The translations under genes were made by a program, and so were the position numbers. From a bacterium (GTDB lineage: Bacteria; Armatimonadota; Chthonomonadetes; Chthonomonadales; Chthonomonadaceae): a stretch of 64,000 nucleotides of DNA. Under the pieces are notes generated by a model. The model was given only the letters and a program-made list of their open reading frames with translations. It was not told the origin of the DNA and did no database searches. The stretch is from positions 2,543 to 66,542 of the forward strand of contig JAJZFJ010000244.1 of NCBI GenBank assembly GCA_021805395.1. Reading direction: 5' to 3'. Of this stretch, positions 37,990-47,486 are shown piece by piece; the first letter of the stretch is position 1; each line of letters begins with the position of its first letter.

Positions 37990-38271
37990 GTGCCAAATAT
38001 CAAATCAGTTAAAAAAGATGTTATCAAATCTCGTAAAAACCACGAGCGAAACATCTCTGCAAAATCTGCAATGAAAACATTCATCAAAAAAGCCAAGTCT
38101 GCAGTAGACACTGGCGATGTTAAATCAGCAGATACAGTCGAAGCTGTGAGACTTGCCTGTAAAGCAATTGACAAAACAGCTGAGCGTGGAATAATTCACA
38201 GAAATCAGGCATCACGTCGTAAATCCCGCCTTATGAAGCATGCAAACAAGGTGGCCTCAACCTCAGCCTGA
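37990..38271 (+). CDS. rpsT: 30S ribosomal protein S20
   Basis: 93 aa with a GTG start. MPNIKSVKKDVIKSRKNHERN...KTFIKKA...KAIDKTAERGIIHRNQASRRKSRL is a typical S20. Confidence 0.95.
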   Translation: MPNIKSVKKDVIKSRKNHERNISAKSAMKTFIKKAKSAVDTGDVKSADTVEAVRLACKAIDKTAERGIIHRNQASRRKSRLMKHANKVASTSA

Positions 38272-38293
38272 TGACCAGCATCACCTCATTTTC

Positions 38294-38331
38294 AGAACCA
38301 TACTCTTCTCATGAGTATGGTTCTTTTATTT
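38294..38331 (+). terminator. rho-independent terminator of rpsT
   Basis: AGAACCATACTC (38294-305) - ttctcat - GAGTATGGTTCT (38313-24), a perfect 12-bp stem followed by TTTATTT. Confidence 0.9.
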
Positions 38332-38474
38332 CGGAGCATTTGTCAGTGATATGCCAAATGTACCAGCTATTAATAATGTGTCTTAATGGGGAAAGCCGAG
38401 AGCAGTAACTCACCAACGCTTGAAATTCTCTCTAAAACTGGGCAGCACTTTGGAATGCAATGTGCTGTTGTAGG

Positions 38475-39587
38475 CTAGCAGTTAGCTATCTGTATTACCA
38501 GCAATTGAAGATTGCGAACCACATCCGCACTAAACAGTGAGACTTCTTCCGTTGAGGACCCTTTGTTTGCCAAATCACATAACAGCAGTTTCTCCTGTGC
38601 CGTTCGTAACTGGGAATAACTCCAGTTTCTGGCACTGGCAAACAGTTCAGATGCTTTGAACGAGATTTGAACGATAGATCCTTCTGCCGGCAGTATGTCT
38701 AGTGCATTGGCTGGGAGTGCCCTAACATTTCCAGGTGTGAGGCCCATTTCAGCCAGACTGCGAGCCTGCCATATCAGGCGTATCTGTCGGCCGAGAATTG
38801 CCAAAAACTTTCCTGCAACTGCCTGCGGATTATTGTCATGCCTGTGCATCTCCCCAAGTAACGAGAGACTTTTGTCCAAATTGCGATGCATCACAGCCTC
38901 TACAAGCACAAAAAGAGTGTCTTCAGAAACGGATTGACACAGTAGTTCAACATCGTCTGATGTAATCTTATCACGTGAATTCGTGTAATCTATTAGTTTT
39001 GAGAGCTCTATATCAATTCTCTGCAACTCTCCGCCGGTAGCCTTAATAAGTTTGGGGATTGCATCTAAATTTAGCGATTTGGAATGTGGTTTTAAGTAAT
39101 CAGAGATCCAACGGGTAAGTTCTGGTGTTTGGAGCGTTTTGAAAGAAACCAGACATCCATTCTGTTTCATCACCGCATCGAATTTGGGCGAGATAGCAGT
39201 TTTTCTCTTGTTGTCATCCTCACCTGCAGCAGCCACAAGAATGAGGCAGGACGAAGGCGGTAGAGCAGCTATTTTTTCGGCAAGCCGCTCTGCATCTGCA
39301 CTCCTGTTACGTTCCCGCAGCACCTCTGCTCCACGGAGGATCACAACCCTTCTATCAGATCCAAACGGCACCTGCGATGCTGCACCAATAACTGCATCAA
39401 CAGATGCATTGCTACAGTTCAGTATCTCGAGGTCAAAGGCGGTCCACTCCTTTGTCACAAGTGAATTGGAGAGGGTAAACAGTGCACGTTCCTTCAACAG
39501 ATTTTCGGCACCCCATAGTAATATGGAACGGCATTGAAGTGCATCAAGAATTTTGTTTGGCTGGATAGGGTTATAGACTAGTTCCAA
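38475..39587 (-). CDS. holA: DNA polymerase III subunit delta
   Basis: 370 aa. ILLWGAENLLKERAL, QVPFGSDRRVVILRGAEVL, and the usual rpsT-holA divergent synteny. Confidence 0.8.
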   Translation of the reverse strand: MELVYNPIQPNKILDALQCRSILLWGAENLLKERALFTLSNSLVTKEWTAFDLEILNCSNASVDAVIGAASQVPFGSDRRVVILRGAEVLRERNRSADAERLAEKIAALPPSSCLILVAAAGEDDNKRKTAISPKFDAVMKQNGCLVSFKTLQTPELTRWISDYLKPHSKSLNLDAIPKLIKATGGELQRIDIELSKLIDYTNSRDKITSDDVELLCQSVSEDTLFVLVEAVMHRNLDKSLSLLGEMHRHDNNPQAVAGKFLAILGRQIRLIWQARSLAEMGLTPGNVRALPANALDILPAEGSIVQISFKASELFASARNWSYSQLRTAQEKLLLCDLANKGSSTEEVSLFSADVVRNLQLLVIQIANC

Positions 39588-41761
39588 CGAAAATTACCTG
39601 CAGGCATGACAATGTCGGTCTTCCTGACCTTTGAAAGGAATAGTTTAAGGGAAGCTGCAGCTTTTTCTGCGGTTGCTATGTCTTCCTCTGAGATCACAAC
39701 TCCTGAGTAGATTGATCTGTTGTATAAATCAGCTAATGTAACCAGGTTGTCACGTTCTTCATTCAGTGCAGGCATGCTCAAAAACAGGTGAGATGTGTAT
39801 TCATCTGGAGTGAGGTGTCTGGGCCATACAATTCCTAGTTGTGACAGTCGTTGTACAACCTGAAGAAATAGTATGGCAATCCTGCCATTTGACTCAGGAA
39901 TTCCTCGTGGAGATTTAGTACGCTTAAAGGAAAAGTGAATCCTGTCTATCACCTCATTTTTGATTAAAACCATAAGAAGAATTAAGAGAAGTGTAGTAGG
40001 GGCTGTCATTTGATTGACATGTGTGGTAAGCCATTTTAGAAATGGTATACGCTCGGCTTTCTTTTGCGACTGACCGGTAATATCTTTTGCCCCATCAGTT
40101 GCATCAAACGGTACCCAACCAACTCCGGGGAAGAACACCTCTGCCCAGATGTGGAGGTGCCGATCACGCAGTGTGAACTCATTCTGTGATTTTTCATCGC
40201 CGGTAATAAACCCGGATGCGAGACGCGCGGGTATTCCTGCATACCTGCACAGCATCACCATTGCTGCCCCAAAGCTATCACAGTACCCCTGATGGGAATG
40301 AAACAGAAAAAAGTTTACAGCATTGATATCTGCGGGACAAGCGGGAGCATTCAGATTATAATCACAGTGGGCTGCAATGTAGGTTTTAATTGCTTCTGCC
40401 TTGTCATAGTTGTTAGTTAATCCCTTACAGATCTGTAATGCCAATTTTCTGGATGCAGGATCCCCAACTGTTTGCATGCAGTCATTTCGTATATTGAATG
40501 GGACGCTGCTGAGGGACTGAGGTGCTGCCCTAAGGATTTTAGGATCTGTGCAGGCGACAATGGATTTTATTCGGTAGACCGACTTCATTGGCAGGTCTTG
40601 CGCCGTAGTAAGCGAGTTATAGTCGTCCTGGAAAAGACGTGTGTTCGCAATTCTTACACGTAATATCTCACCAGCTCCAAAAAGTGAGTTTATTCTATCA
40701 CCAAGCACTGTAAAGTACTGAATTACTGTTGTGGCGTCTTTCATCTTACTTGGAGAGATGTCATCCACACCTACAGGGATGGTGAAGTTATTTTCCTGCG
40801 TTCCGTCACTGTATGTTTCAGCCTCACCATAGATAGTAGTTAAATGATCATTCGCCTTCACGAAACTGTGTCCAGAGAACTGGTTGTAGGTTGCTCCTCG
40901 CCAGTAAAATCCTCCTTCTGAACTGTGAACTCTCATCAGAGGTGTGTCGTTTGAAGTTGTTGGTCCCTGCCCCAGTGCAACCCGCTTTTGTAAACTGAGC
41001 TGGTCTGATGATGAGAGATGCTTGAGGAGTGAAGCTGTCTGGGCGAACACACCAGGCGCTGTTACCGATTGTGAAATTTTAGTCCCGATCTTCAAGATAG
41101 GGAAGTACAGCAGAATACCCAGAATTAATGAAAGCGATATACATCCTAACGCCAGCAGCATTTGTGCACGAAAGAGAACAGGAGTTCTGAATGTGAGACC
41201 CTCTCTTTGTGCTGATAGGGTTCTAAGATAGTTTTCGTGAATCATCAGGAACGTGCTGACTGCAATAAAAAGCATGAAATCGTATCGTACGGCCGGAACC
41301 GGCTCGTGCACACTTACTATTGAGAGAGCAGTCATAGCGGGTACGCAGGCAAAAAGGACAACCGCATCTGTGCTGAGAGTGAACGAGTGCAGTACAGCTA
41401 TCCATACTACCACAGCTTGTACAACCAGCTGATGATCGCCTGTCACTTCAGAGGGAATGAGAAGATTAATTACATTGTTATTAGAAAATAGCGCATAAAT
41501 GAGTACAGATATGGCTGCCAGAGCGGGTATCTGCAAAGCGCGGAGTGGAACCGAATATGTTCTGCACAGGAAGCTTGTGATGTACCCTAATGCCGAGATT
41601 GCTATGGATACTAGTGTGAAAGTTTGATCTTGAAGAGATATGTTCACCGCTAGAATACCAGTACATGTTACAATGAACCCTGCAATGTACAACCATATTC
41701 CTGGCATCCGTTCTTTAACGGAACTACTATCTACAACTTTTTGTATAAAGGTACTACTCAT
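39578..41761 (-). CDS. transglutaminase-domain membrane protein (TgpA-like: DUF3488-type polytopic N-domain plus TGase core)
   Basis: 727 aa with about 6 N-terminal TM helices. TGase core GYCDSFGAAMVMLCRYAGIPARLASGF ... HIWAEVFFPGVGWVPFDAT. One C-terminal TM. Confidence 0.85.
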   Translation of the reverse strand: MSSTFIQKVVDSSSVKERMPGIWLYIAGFIVTCTGILAVNISLQDQTFTLVSIAISALGYITSFLCRTYSVPLRALQIPALAAISVLIYALFSNNNVINLLIPSEVTGDHQLVVQAVVVWIAVLHSFTLSTDAVVLFACVPAMTALSIVSVHEPVPAVRYDFMLFIAVSTFLMIHENYLRTLSAQREGLTFRTPVLFRAQMLLALGCISLSLILGILLYFPILKIGTKISQSVTAPGVFAQTASLLKHLSSSDQLSLQKRVALGQGPTTSNDTPLMRVHSSEGGFYWRGATYNQFSGHSFVKANDHLTTIYGEAETYSDGTQENNFTIPVGVDDISPSKMKDATTVIQYFTVLGDRINSLFGAGEILRVRIANTRLFQDDYNSLTTAQDLPMKSVYRIKSIVACTDPKILRAAPQSLSSVPFNIRNDCMQTVGDPASRKLALQICKGLTNNYDKAEAIKTYIAAHCDYNLNAPACPADINAVNFFLFHSHQGYCDSFGAAMVMLCRYAGIPARLASGFITGDEKSQNEFTLRDRHLHIWAEVFFPGVGWVPFDATDGAKDITGQSQKKAERIPFLKWLTTHVNQMTAPTTLLLILLMVLIKNEVIDRIHFSFKRTKSPRGIPESNGRIAILFLQVVQRLSQLGIVWPRHLTPDEYTSHLFLSMPALNEERDNLVTLADLYNRSIYSGVVISEEDIATAEKAAASLKLFLSKVRKTDIVMPAGNFRWN

Positions 41762-42965
41762 TTGATCCGTATCGTTTCGTCTGTTCTTCAGATAGAGTTC
41801 GCTGGAACGTGTGTACGTTTACAGCTGAAAGTTCTGCTATAAAGGCATCAGATTGCGCAGATTCCGAGGTTTCCAGTTGTGCTCTCACAACAGCTACTGT
41901 AATCCCACTGCCAGTGTATGCAGCAAGTGTTTGAGCAATTGACGGATCTGATGAGTGACAGATAATGATAATCAGGCTTCCAGGACGAAGGTACCCAATT
42001 CCATCTTCAAGAACCTGTTTGATATCGCAAACAGCATCCCTGTCTGCACGTGCCAATGCATCCAGCATGATGAGATGATGCTCATCTCCTCTGCCTTCTC
42101 CAGTATCTCTAAACAGAGTGTTCATACCTGGAGAAGTGGTGATTAATCTGACAGTGGCTCCAGAGCGAATAATGTGATCTGCAACTCCGGCTGCCAGTCT
42201 AGTCTGGTAGTCAAGCAATGGAGTTTCGTTGAGGGTACTGTCCCTATTCAGACTCTCCACAATGATCACTACATTGGATGTGAACGTTTCCTCGAACTCT
42301 CTCACAATCATTTTACCGGTTCGTGCAGTTTGTCTCCAATGGATTCTTCTCAATGGATCTCCTGCGATATAGGGTCTCACTCCATCTGGATCAACGCTTA
42401 CACCTCGCATCACCGAAAAGAGGAATTCCTGCCATCCGAACCTTTCTGCGCCAGAATCGGGCAGATCTCCAGCATGGATTGGACTTGGATAGACTACTAT
42501 CTCGTCAGTGCTTTTAATGCTGAGCGAAAATGAAAAAATACCCATCGGATCCAGGGCGGTAGCATAAAATGTATCTGGAGTATAAACTCCCCTGCGCAGA
42601 AATCTGATGTGACTGATTTGACCAGCATCTCCCTCAGAGGGAACATTCATGAGTGGTGTGTCATAGTCTTGAGGAACTATCATAATGGGCCAATTATCGC
42701 GAAAGGAGAGAAAAAATCTCGGAATTCTTGAGGAGTTATGCACCAGGTAAGTTACTGTGCCTGTTTCACCTTCCCAAGCTACCGGAGGAAGCCTGCGCTC
42801 AAACTGTAGTCCCTTTAGAGTAAGCCATCCCATTAAATAAGAGGAAGCGGGCAGGGCAATGAGCAGGGCTGAGATGAAAAATAGCTGAAATGCATGCAGG
42901 GCAACGGCGACAGCCATCAGGCAAAGAGCGCCAAATCCCAGAGTTACCCATTTTAAGATCTGCAT
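41754..42965 (-). CDS. DUF58 domain protein (vWA-like, MoxR-associated)
   Basis: 403 aa with two N-terminal TM helices and the motif context DPDGVRPYIAGDPLRRIHWRQTARTGKMIVREFE, typical of DUF58. It overlaps the downstream gene by 8 nt. Confidence 0.85.
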   Translation of the reverse strand: MQILKWVTLGFGALCLMAVAVALHAFQLFFISALLIALPASSYLMGWLTLKGLQFERRLPPVAWEGETGTVTYLVHNSSRIPRFFLSFRDNWPIMIVPQDYDTPLMNVPSEGDAGQISHIRFLRRGVYTPDTFYATALDPMGIFSFSLSIKSTDEIVVYPSPIHAGDLPDSGAERFGWQEFLFSVMRGVSVDPDGVRPYIAGDPLRRIHWRQTARTGKMIVREFEETFTSNVVIIVESLNRDSTLNETPLLDYQTRLAAGVADHIIRSGATVRLITTSPGMNTLFRDTGEGRGDEHHLIMLDALARADRDAVCDIKQVLEDGIGYLRPGSLIIIICHSSDPSIAQTLAAYTGSGITVAVVRAQLETSESAQSDAFIAELSAVNVHTFQRTLSEEQTKRYGSNE

Positions 42966-42975
42966 CTACAATTCC

Positions 42976-43932
42976 TTACCTGGAAAATTGTCCAGCAGGA
43001 ACATTCACTGAATTTAGAATTTCCTGGATACACGCACTAGCTGTAACACCTCTCACTCTCTGTTCGGGGCGAATTATTACCCTGTGGGATAGCACCGACG
43101 GTGCCAGCCGTTTAATATCATCAGGCTTTACATACTCTCTACCATCCATCGCAGCTGTTGCCTGTGAAAGATGCATCAATGAGAGTGCACCACGTGGTGA
43201 GGAACCTAGCAGAAGAGAAGGATGAAGTCTCGTTCCACTGATGATATCGAGGAGATAGTTTCTAACACTCTCTTCTACATAAACATCTCTCACCACATGC
43301 TGCATCTGCTCTACTTCATTTGCATCTGTTACAGATTCAATGCGGTCAACAGGATGAGAATGCTGCTGCCCGTCCAGAATTTGAGCCTCTGCAGCTCTAT
43401 TTGGGTATCCAAGAGTAAGTCGGGCCATAAATCTGTCGAGCTGAGCCTCGGGAAGAGGGTACGTTCCCGACATCTCGATATTGTTTTGCGTGGCAATAAC
43501 AAGAAAAGGCGTTGGAAGTTCGCATGGCTCACCATCTATTGTTACCTGGTGCTCTTCCATACACTCTAGCAGTGCTGACTGCGTTTTGGGAGTTGTACGG
43601 TTTATCTCATCGGCGAGTACCACACTTGCAAACACGGGGCCTTTGCGAAGCTCGAATTCACCTGTTTTCTGATTAAAAATAGAGGAGCCAGTGATATCGG
43701 AAGGCAAAAGATCAGGAGTGAACTGGATACGTTTGAACTGTAAACCAAGAGCTTTCGAGATCGCTTTTGCAAGAGTTGTTTTTCCAACTCCGGGAATATC
43801 TTCTATAAGTAGATGACCGCCGGCAAGAAGTACTGCGACGCAAAGATTTACGGTATCAGTTTTTCCAACCACAGCTGTCTCAACCGCATGAACTACTTCT
43901 TGAGCCTTGTTAGCAACTTGGGTTGGATCCAA
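42976..43932 (-). CDS. MoxR-family AAA+ ATPase
   Basis: 318 aa. Walker A EDIPGVGKTTLAK, Walker B VLADEINR, and FLVIATQNNIE...PLPEAQLDRF. Confidence 0.93.
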   Translation of the reverse strand: MDPTQVANKAQEVVHAVETAVVGKTDTVNLCVAVLLAGGHLLIEDIPGVGKTTLAKAISKALGLQFKRIQFTPDLLPSDITGSSIFNQKTGEFELRKGPVFASVVLADEINRTTPKTQSALLECMEEHQVTIDGEPCELPTPFLVIATQNNIEMSGTYPLPEAQLDRFMARLTLGYPNRAAEAQILDGQQHSHPVDRIESVTDANEVEQMQHVVRDVYVEESVRNYLLDIISGTRLHPSLLLGSSPRGALSLMHLSQATAAMDGREYVKPDDIKRLAPSVLSHRVIIRPEQRVRGVTASACIQEILNSVNVPAGQFSR

Positions 43933-44018
43933 TCAACACCTCCAGATTATTACATTTGGTTAATACGAACAGACACTGTAGATATTAAAGATTTAGAGCA
44001 AACTATCCTTCTATTATC

Positions 44019-45131
44019 TCATAAAGGAGTATCATGATGTAATTGTTTCATCATTAGTTTGAAAGCAGTGTAGCCTGCAGCAATTGCTGATTTAAAGAAG
44101 AGGGGATCCTGTTTAGACCCTCTTCCCATAGTTGTTACTTCAAAAGGAAACTGTGACATGATTTTATCATAATCCTGGCTCTCTAAATCAGTATGAGTAA
44201 TATGGTGCTGGGGTGAAATCAGTTGAATTGCTGACTGCACATACTCTGATTCGTCCCGGGAGAGAGAAGGAATTGGTACCACTACGGATTTCAATACTAC
44301 ACTGTTGAGCACGGTGAGACTATGGTGGCTTATTCCAAGGTGCCTTTGGCGCGAATCACCGCTGCTCATTCTTAGGGCAGCAACTGGTACCCCACCCATT
44401 GCAGATGCAGCATTGAGCGCTATACCCTGGTCGATGCCTGAAAAGCCTAGAGGTGTAGCCGTTCCAGCATTACCTGGACCTTGTGCAACCACAACTATGT
44501 CTGCCTTAAGGATCTGATTAGCCATTTGCAGGGCTGAGTAGATATTGATTGCCTCGTAATCCCCTCCAAACGCCTGTCCGCAGGTGATAACAGATTGAAC
44601 GATACCTTCGGTTTTCATAAGAGGTATAAGGTTACTAAACATGGCGGGCAGTGCTGCACCATCGGTCATGATATAGACAATATTTACTGGTGTTCTTTGA
44701 GCAAGTGATGCTGAGCGGGCTGCATACGCGATGAGTGGCACCATACTGTGAAGCTCGGCGCATACTACAGGAAGGCCAGAGAGAGAGTGCACATCAAGCA
44801 GGGCATTGTGATGTATGCTCTCCTGAGCTTCACCTGATAAGACAGGAGTCTGTAACGGAGTGTATCTCAATTTAAGGATGTGAGCGTCCGTGAGACTTTG
44901 TTCAATCTCTACAGTTTGAAGTGCCATCACAAAATCGAAACCACCTGTTCCCAAACCTAATTTCACGGCAGTTACATTTATGAGGGCATTCATGCCAGAT
45001 GAGGCTCTTCCTGTGAGAGCAGGGTAGTTGATTGCTGTATGAATGGTTTCATTACACAGCACCTTCACAATCTGTCTGTCGTTTTGATCCTCAGTTATCG
45101 CTTCAATTGTGCCCCAAAAGCGCGCTATCAC
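44019..45131 (-). CDS. DUF3866-like protein
   Basis: 370 aa. N-terminal pattern ...YPALTGRASSGMNALINVTAVKLGLGTGGFDFV and a later GGD motif resemble my recollection of DUF3866. Not searched. Confidence 0.5.
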   Translation of the reverse strand: MIARFWGTIEAITEDQNDRQIVKVLCNETIHTAINYPALTGRASSGMNALINVTAVKLGLGTGGFDFVMALQTVEIEQSLTDAHILKLRYTPLQTPVLSGEAQESIHHNALLDVHSLSGLPVVCAELHSMVPLIAYAARSASLAQRTPVNIVYIMTDGAALPAMFSNLIPLMKTEGIVQSVITCGQAFGGDYEAINIYSALQMANQILKADIVVVAQGPGNAGTATPLGFSGIDQGIALNAASAMGGVPVAALRMSSGDSRQRHLGISHHSLTVLNSVVLKSVVVPIPSLSRDESEYVQSAIQLISPQHHITHTDLESQDYDKIMSQFPFEVTTMGRGSKQDPLFFKSAIAAGYTAFKLMMKQLHHDTPL

Positions 45132-45143
45132 TTTAACAGACCT

Positions 45144-46181
45144 CTATCTTGTATTGGTTACCTTATTCAGTCCCCGTGGATGATCAGGATCCATCCCTCG
45201 GCTGATTGCCAGATGGCATGCCCACAACTGGCCAAATAAGATATAAACTAATGGACTAACATACTCGTGTACATTTACAGGAATCTTGATTGGGCTTTGT
45301 GCCAGACTGAGTATGTTCATTTTTTCGGAAACAATGATTAGCTCTGCTCCTTTTGCATTGAGCGTCTCAGATAGTTCATAGATGGATTCGAATGCCTTAC
45401 CAACTGGTGCAAAAACAATCACAGGGAATCCGGTTGTTATCATTGCAATTGGGCCGTGAAGAAAATCTGCACCAGAGAACGGCCTGGAGACGAGATAACT
45501 GGTCTCAGTAATTTTTAGTGCAGTTTCTAATGCAGTCGATAAATTGATTCCTCTGGCTAATACCGCACATTCCTGCATATACCTGTATCTCTCAACATGT
45601 TTACTTACCTCGGAATCGATCTCGAGGCACGTTTGCATTTTAGCGGATATTGTGTTCAGTTCATCTAATATCTCAGTGCAATTCGAGAATATTCCGGTTA
45701 GAAGTGATACCAGGGCTAGAGAACATGTGTATGTTTTAGTGGCAGCGACTGATTTTTCTACACCTGAATGGCAAAGCAGAACATGATCTGAAGCCTGAGC
45801 GATTGGAGAATTTTGCTCATTTGTTATACATGCTGTGACTGCTCCTCCTGCACGGGCAGATATTAATGTTTGTACAACATCTTCTGACTGGCCCGATTGC
45901 GAGATGCCTAATGCTAGCGTATGATTGAGCTTCATGGAACAGTTGTACATAGTGAAAACTGAAGGAGCAGCTAGAGTTACTGGCACTCCACATATTATTT
46001 CTATGAGGTATTTGGCGTACGTTGCTGCATGATCTGAAGTCCCTCTCGCTGCAATCAGAACGTGGTTAATTTCTCTGTCATGCATTACTTTGGACAGTCT
46101 GTTAACACTTTCCATTTCGGCATCCATCGCAAGTTTGACAGCATCCGGCTGTTGATGTATCTCTTCCAGCATCCAGGACAT
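45144..46181 (-). CDS. SIS-domain sugar-phosphate isomerase/deglycase (GlmS-C / AgaS / FrlB-like)
   Basis: 345 aa with two SIS repeats (IAARGTSDHAATY..., GISQSGQSEDV ... VFAPVG...). N-terminal MLEEIHQQPDAV is typical of this group. Confidence 0.8.
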   Translation of the reverse strand: MSWMLEEIHQQPDAVKLAMDAEMESVNRLSKVMHDREINHVLIAARGTSDHAATYAKYLIEIICGVPVTLAAPSVFTMYNCSMKLNHTLALGISQSGQSEDVVQTLISARAGGAVTACITNEQNSPIAQASDHVLLCHSGVEKSVAATKTYTCSLALVSLLTGIFSNCTEILDELNTISAKMQTCLEIDSEVSKHVERYRYMQECAVLARGINLSTALETALKITETSYLVSRPFSGADFLHGPIAMITTGFPVIVFAPVGKAFESIYELSETLNAKGAELIIVSEKMNILSLAQSPIKIPVNVHEYVSPLVYILFGQLWACHLAISRGMDPDHPRGLNKVTNTR

Positions 46182-46307
46182 TATTCACTACTCCTAACAC
46201 ATTATTTAGATGGTTTGTCACATATACTGCATTTATGATTTAGATTATGACATGAAATAGATACAATCACCGAATTTTTTGTCACATTGCACAAAATACA
46301 GTTATGA

Positions 46308-47486
46308 TTACTGTCCAAAATTCGAAAGCATGTCCATCGAATCCAAAACTAACTTACATAGAAGCTCATGTTGTGAAATGCCACATACGTCCCTTAACAC
46401 TTTAACAATCCCATGATTTCTAATCTGATTTTGCAGCATAAGAGATGCTTCATCGCCATGCTCCTGATAGAGGAGAGCGGCTGCAATTCCAATTGAGAGT
46501 GCTTCAGGAGAGATCGCATGCTTCTCTACAAGCCGTGCAGCTCCAACCAGGCGGTCGTTTGCCTGGAGCTTCCTTAAAGGATCACGTCCAACGCGTTTGC
46601 AGGTATCACCCAGAGCGGTACAAGCAAACCTGTCCATAAGCGAATCCCGGTAGTCGATCAACTTATCATTCTGTAGCTCATACTCGGCGGCTAATGCAGC
46701 TATCACATCATTCATTGCATTGACAACTATTTCACGGATAGCTGAAATCTGTACCACTTCTGCGATTGTTTCAATGTGTACAAGTGAACCAAGGTAGGCT
46801 AACATTGCATGAGCGCAGTTATGAAGGAATAGTTTTTGGGCAATTATAGAATCGAAGTTATGTTCAGCCTGAATTCCTGAAATCCGAGGAAGCGGTGCAA
46901 CTAATGCATCTGCATCTACAGGAAGTACAGCATACTCTTCGGTTGAAATAGTAAGCTTGTCTGTGGTGTGATCTCCGATCGATGCCACCGGAGTCATGCG
47001 TCCAATAACAGTACGAACAAACCCTGCTTTTGCAGAGAAGCTATCGGCATATTCTTTTGAAATCAGCTGCTGTGTATAATTTCTAAGTGCTGTCTCTGCA
47101 TGAGGCAGATTTTCACATACGAGGATATTTACTGGTGGAGCATTCACCATTAAGCGTTTGTTTAACCCTGCTGCGAGTGGAACAGCAAGATGCTGAAGGG
47201 CAGATCCGCCGGCGGCAGTAAAAATCAGCTCAGCATTTTCGATAATGGAAGAGATGCCTTCTGTTTCAGTGGCGTGAATTGCCCTGACAGGTGAGATTTG
47301 CCGCTCTGAGTTTTGACCGCACACTATTTTCAAAGTATACTGTCTTGCAATCTCAAGCTGTGAAACCAGATTTGCATCGGTATCTACAAACCAGCAGAGA
47401 AATCCGCTGGCAGTGCAGAGATCACCCAGGAAACCTCTTCCAACACTGCCGGCACCAAAGATGAGGACCGATTTTTGATTGATCAC
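46308..47486 (-). CDS. mannitol-1-phosphate 5-dehydrogenase family (long-chain mannitol dehydrogenase) protein
   Basis: 392 aa. FGAGSVGRGFLG (compare E. coli MtlD FGAGNIGRGFIG), ILVCENL, LFLHNCAHAMLAYLG, VGRDPLRKLQANDRLVG. The GTG start shares one base with the upstream stop (TAGTG). Confidence 0.8.
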   Translation of the reverse strand: MINQKSVLIFGAGSVGRGFLGDLCTASGFLCWFVDTDANLVSQLEIARQYTLKIVCGQNSERQISPVRAIHATETEGISSIIENAELIFTAAGGSALQHLAVPLAAGLNKRLMVNAPPVNILVCENLPHAETALRNYTQQLISKEYADSFSAKAGFVRTVIGRMTPVASIGDHTTDKLTISTEEYAVLPVDADALVAPLPRISGIQAEHNFDSIIAQKLFLHNCAHAMLAYLGSLVHIETIAEVVQISAIREIVVNAMNDVIAALAAEYELQNDKLIDYRDSLMDRFACTALGDTCKRVGRDPLRKLQANDRLVGAARLVEKHAISPEALSIGIAAALLYQEHGDEASLMLQNQIRNHGIVKVLRDVCGISQHELLCKLVLDSMDMLSNFGQ

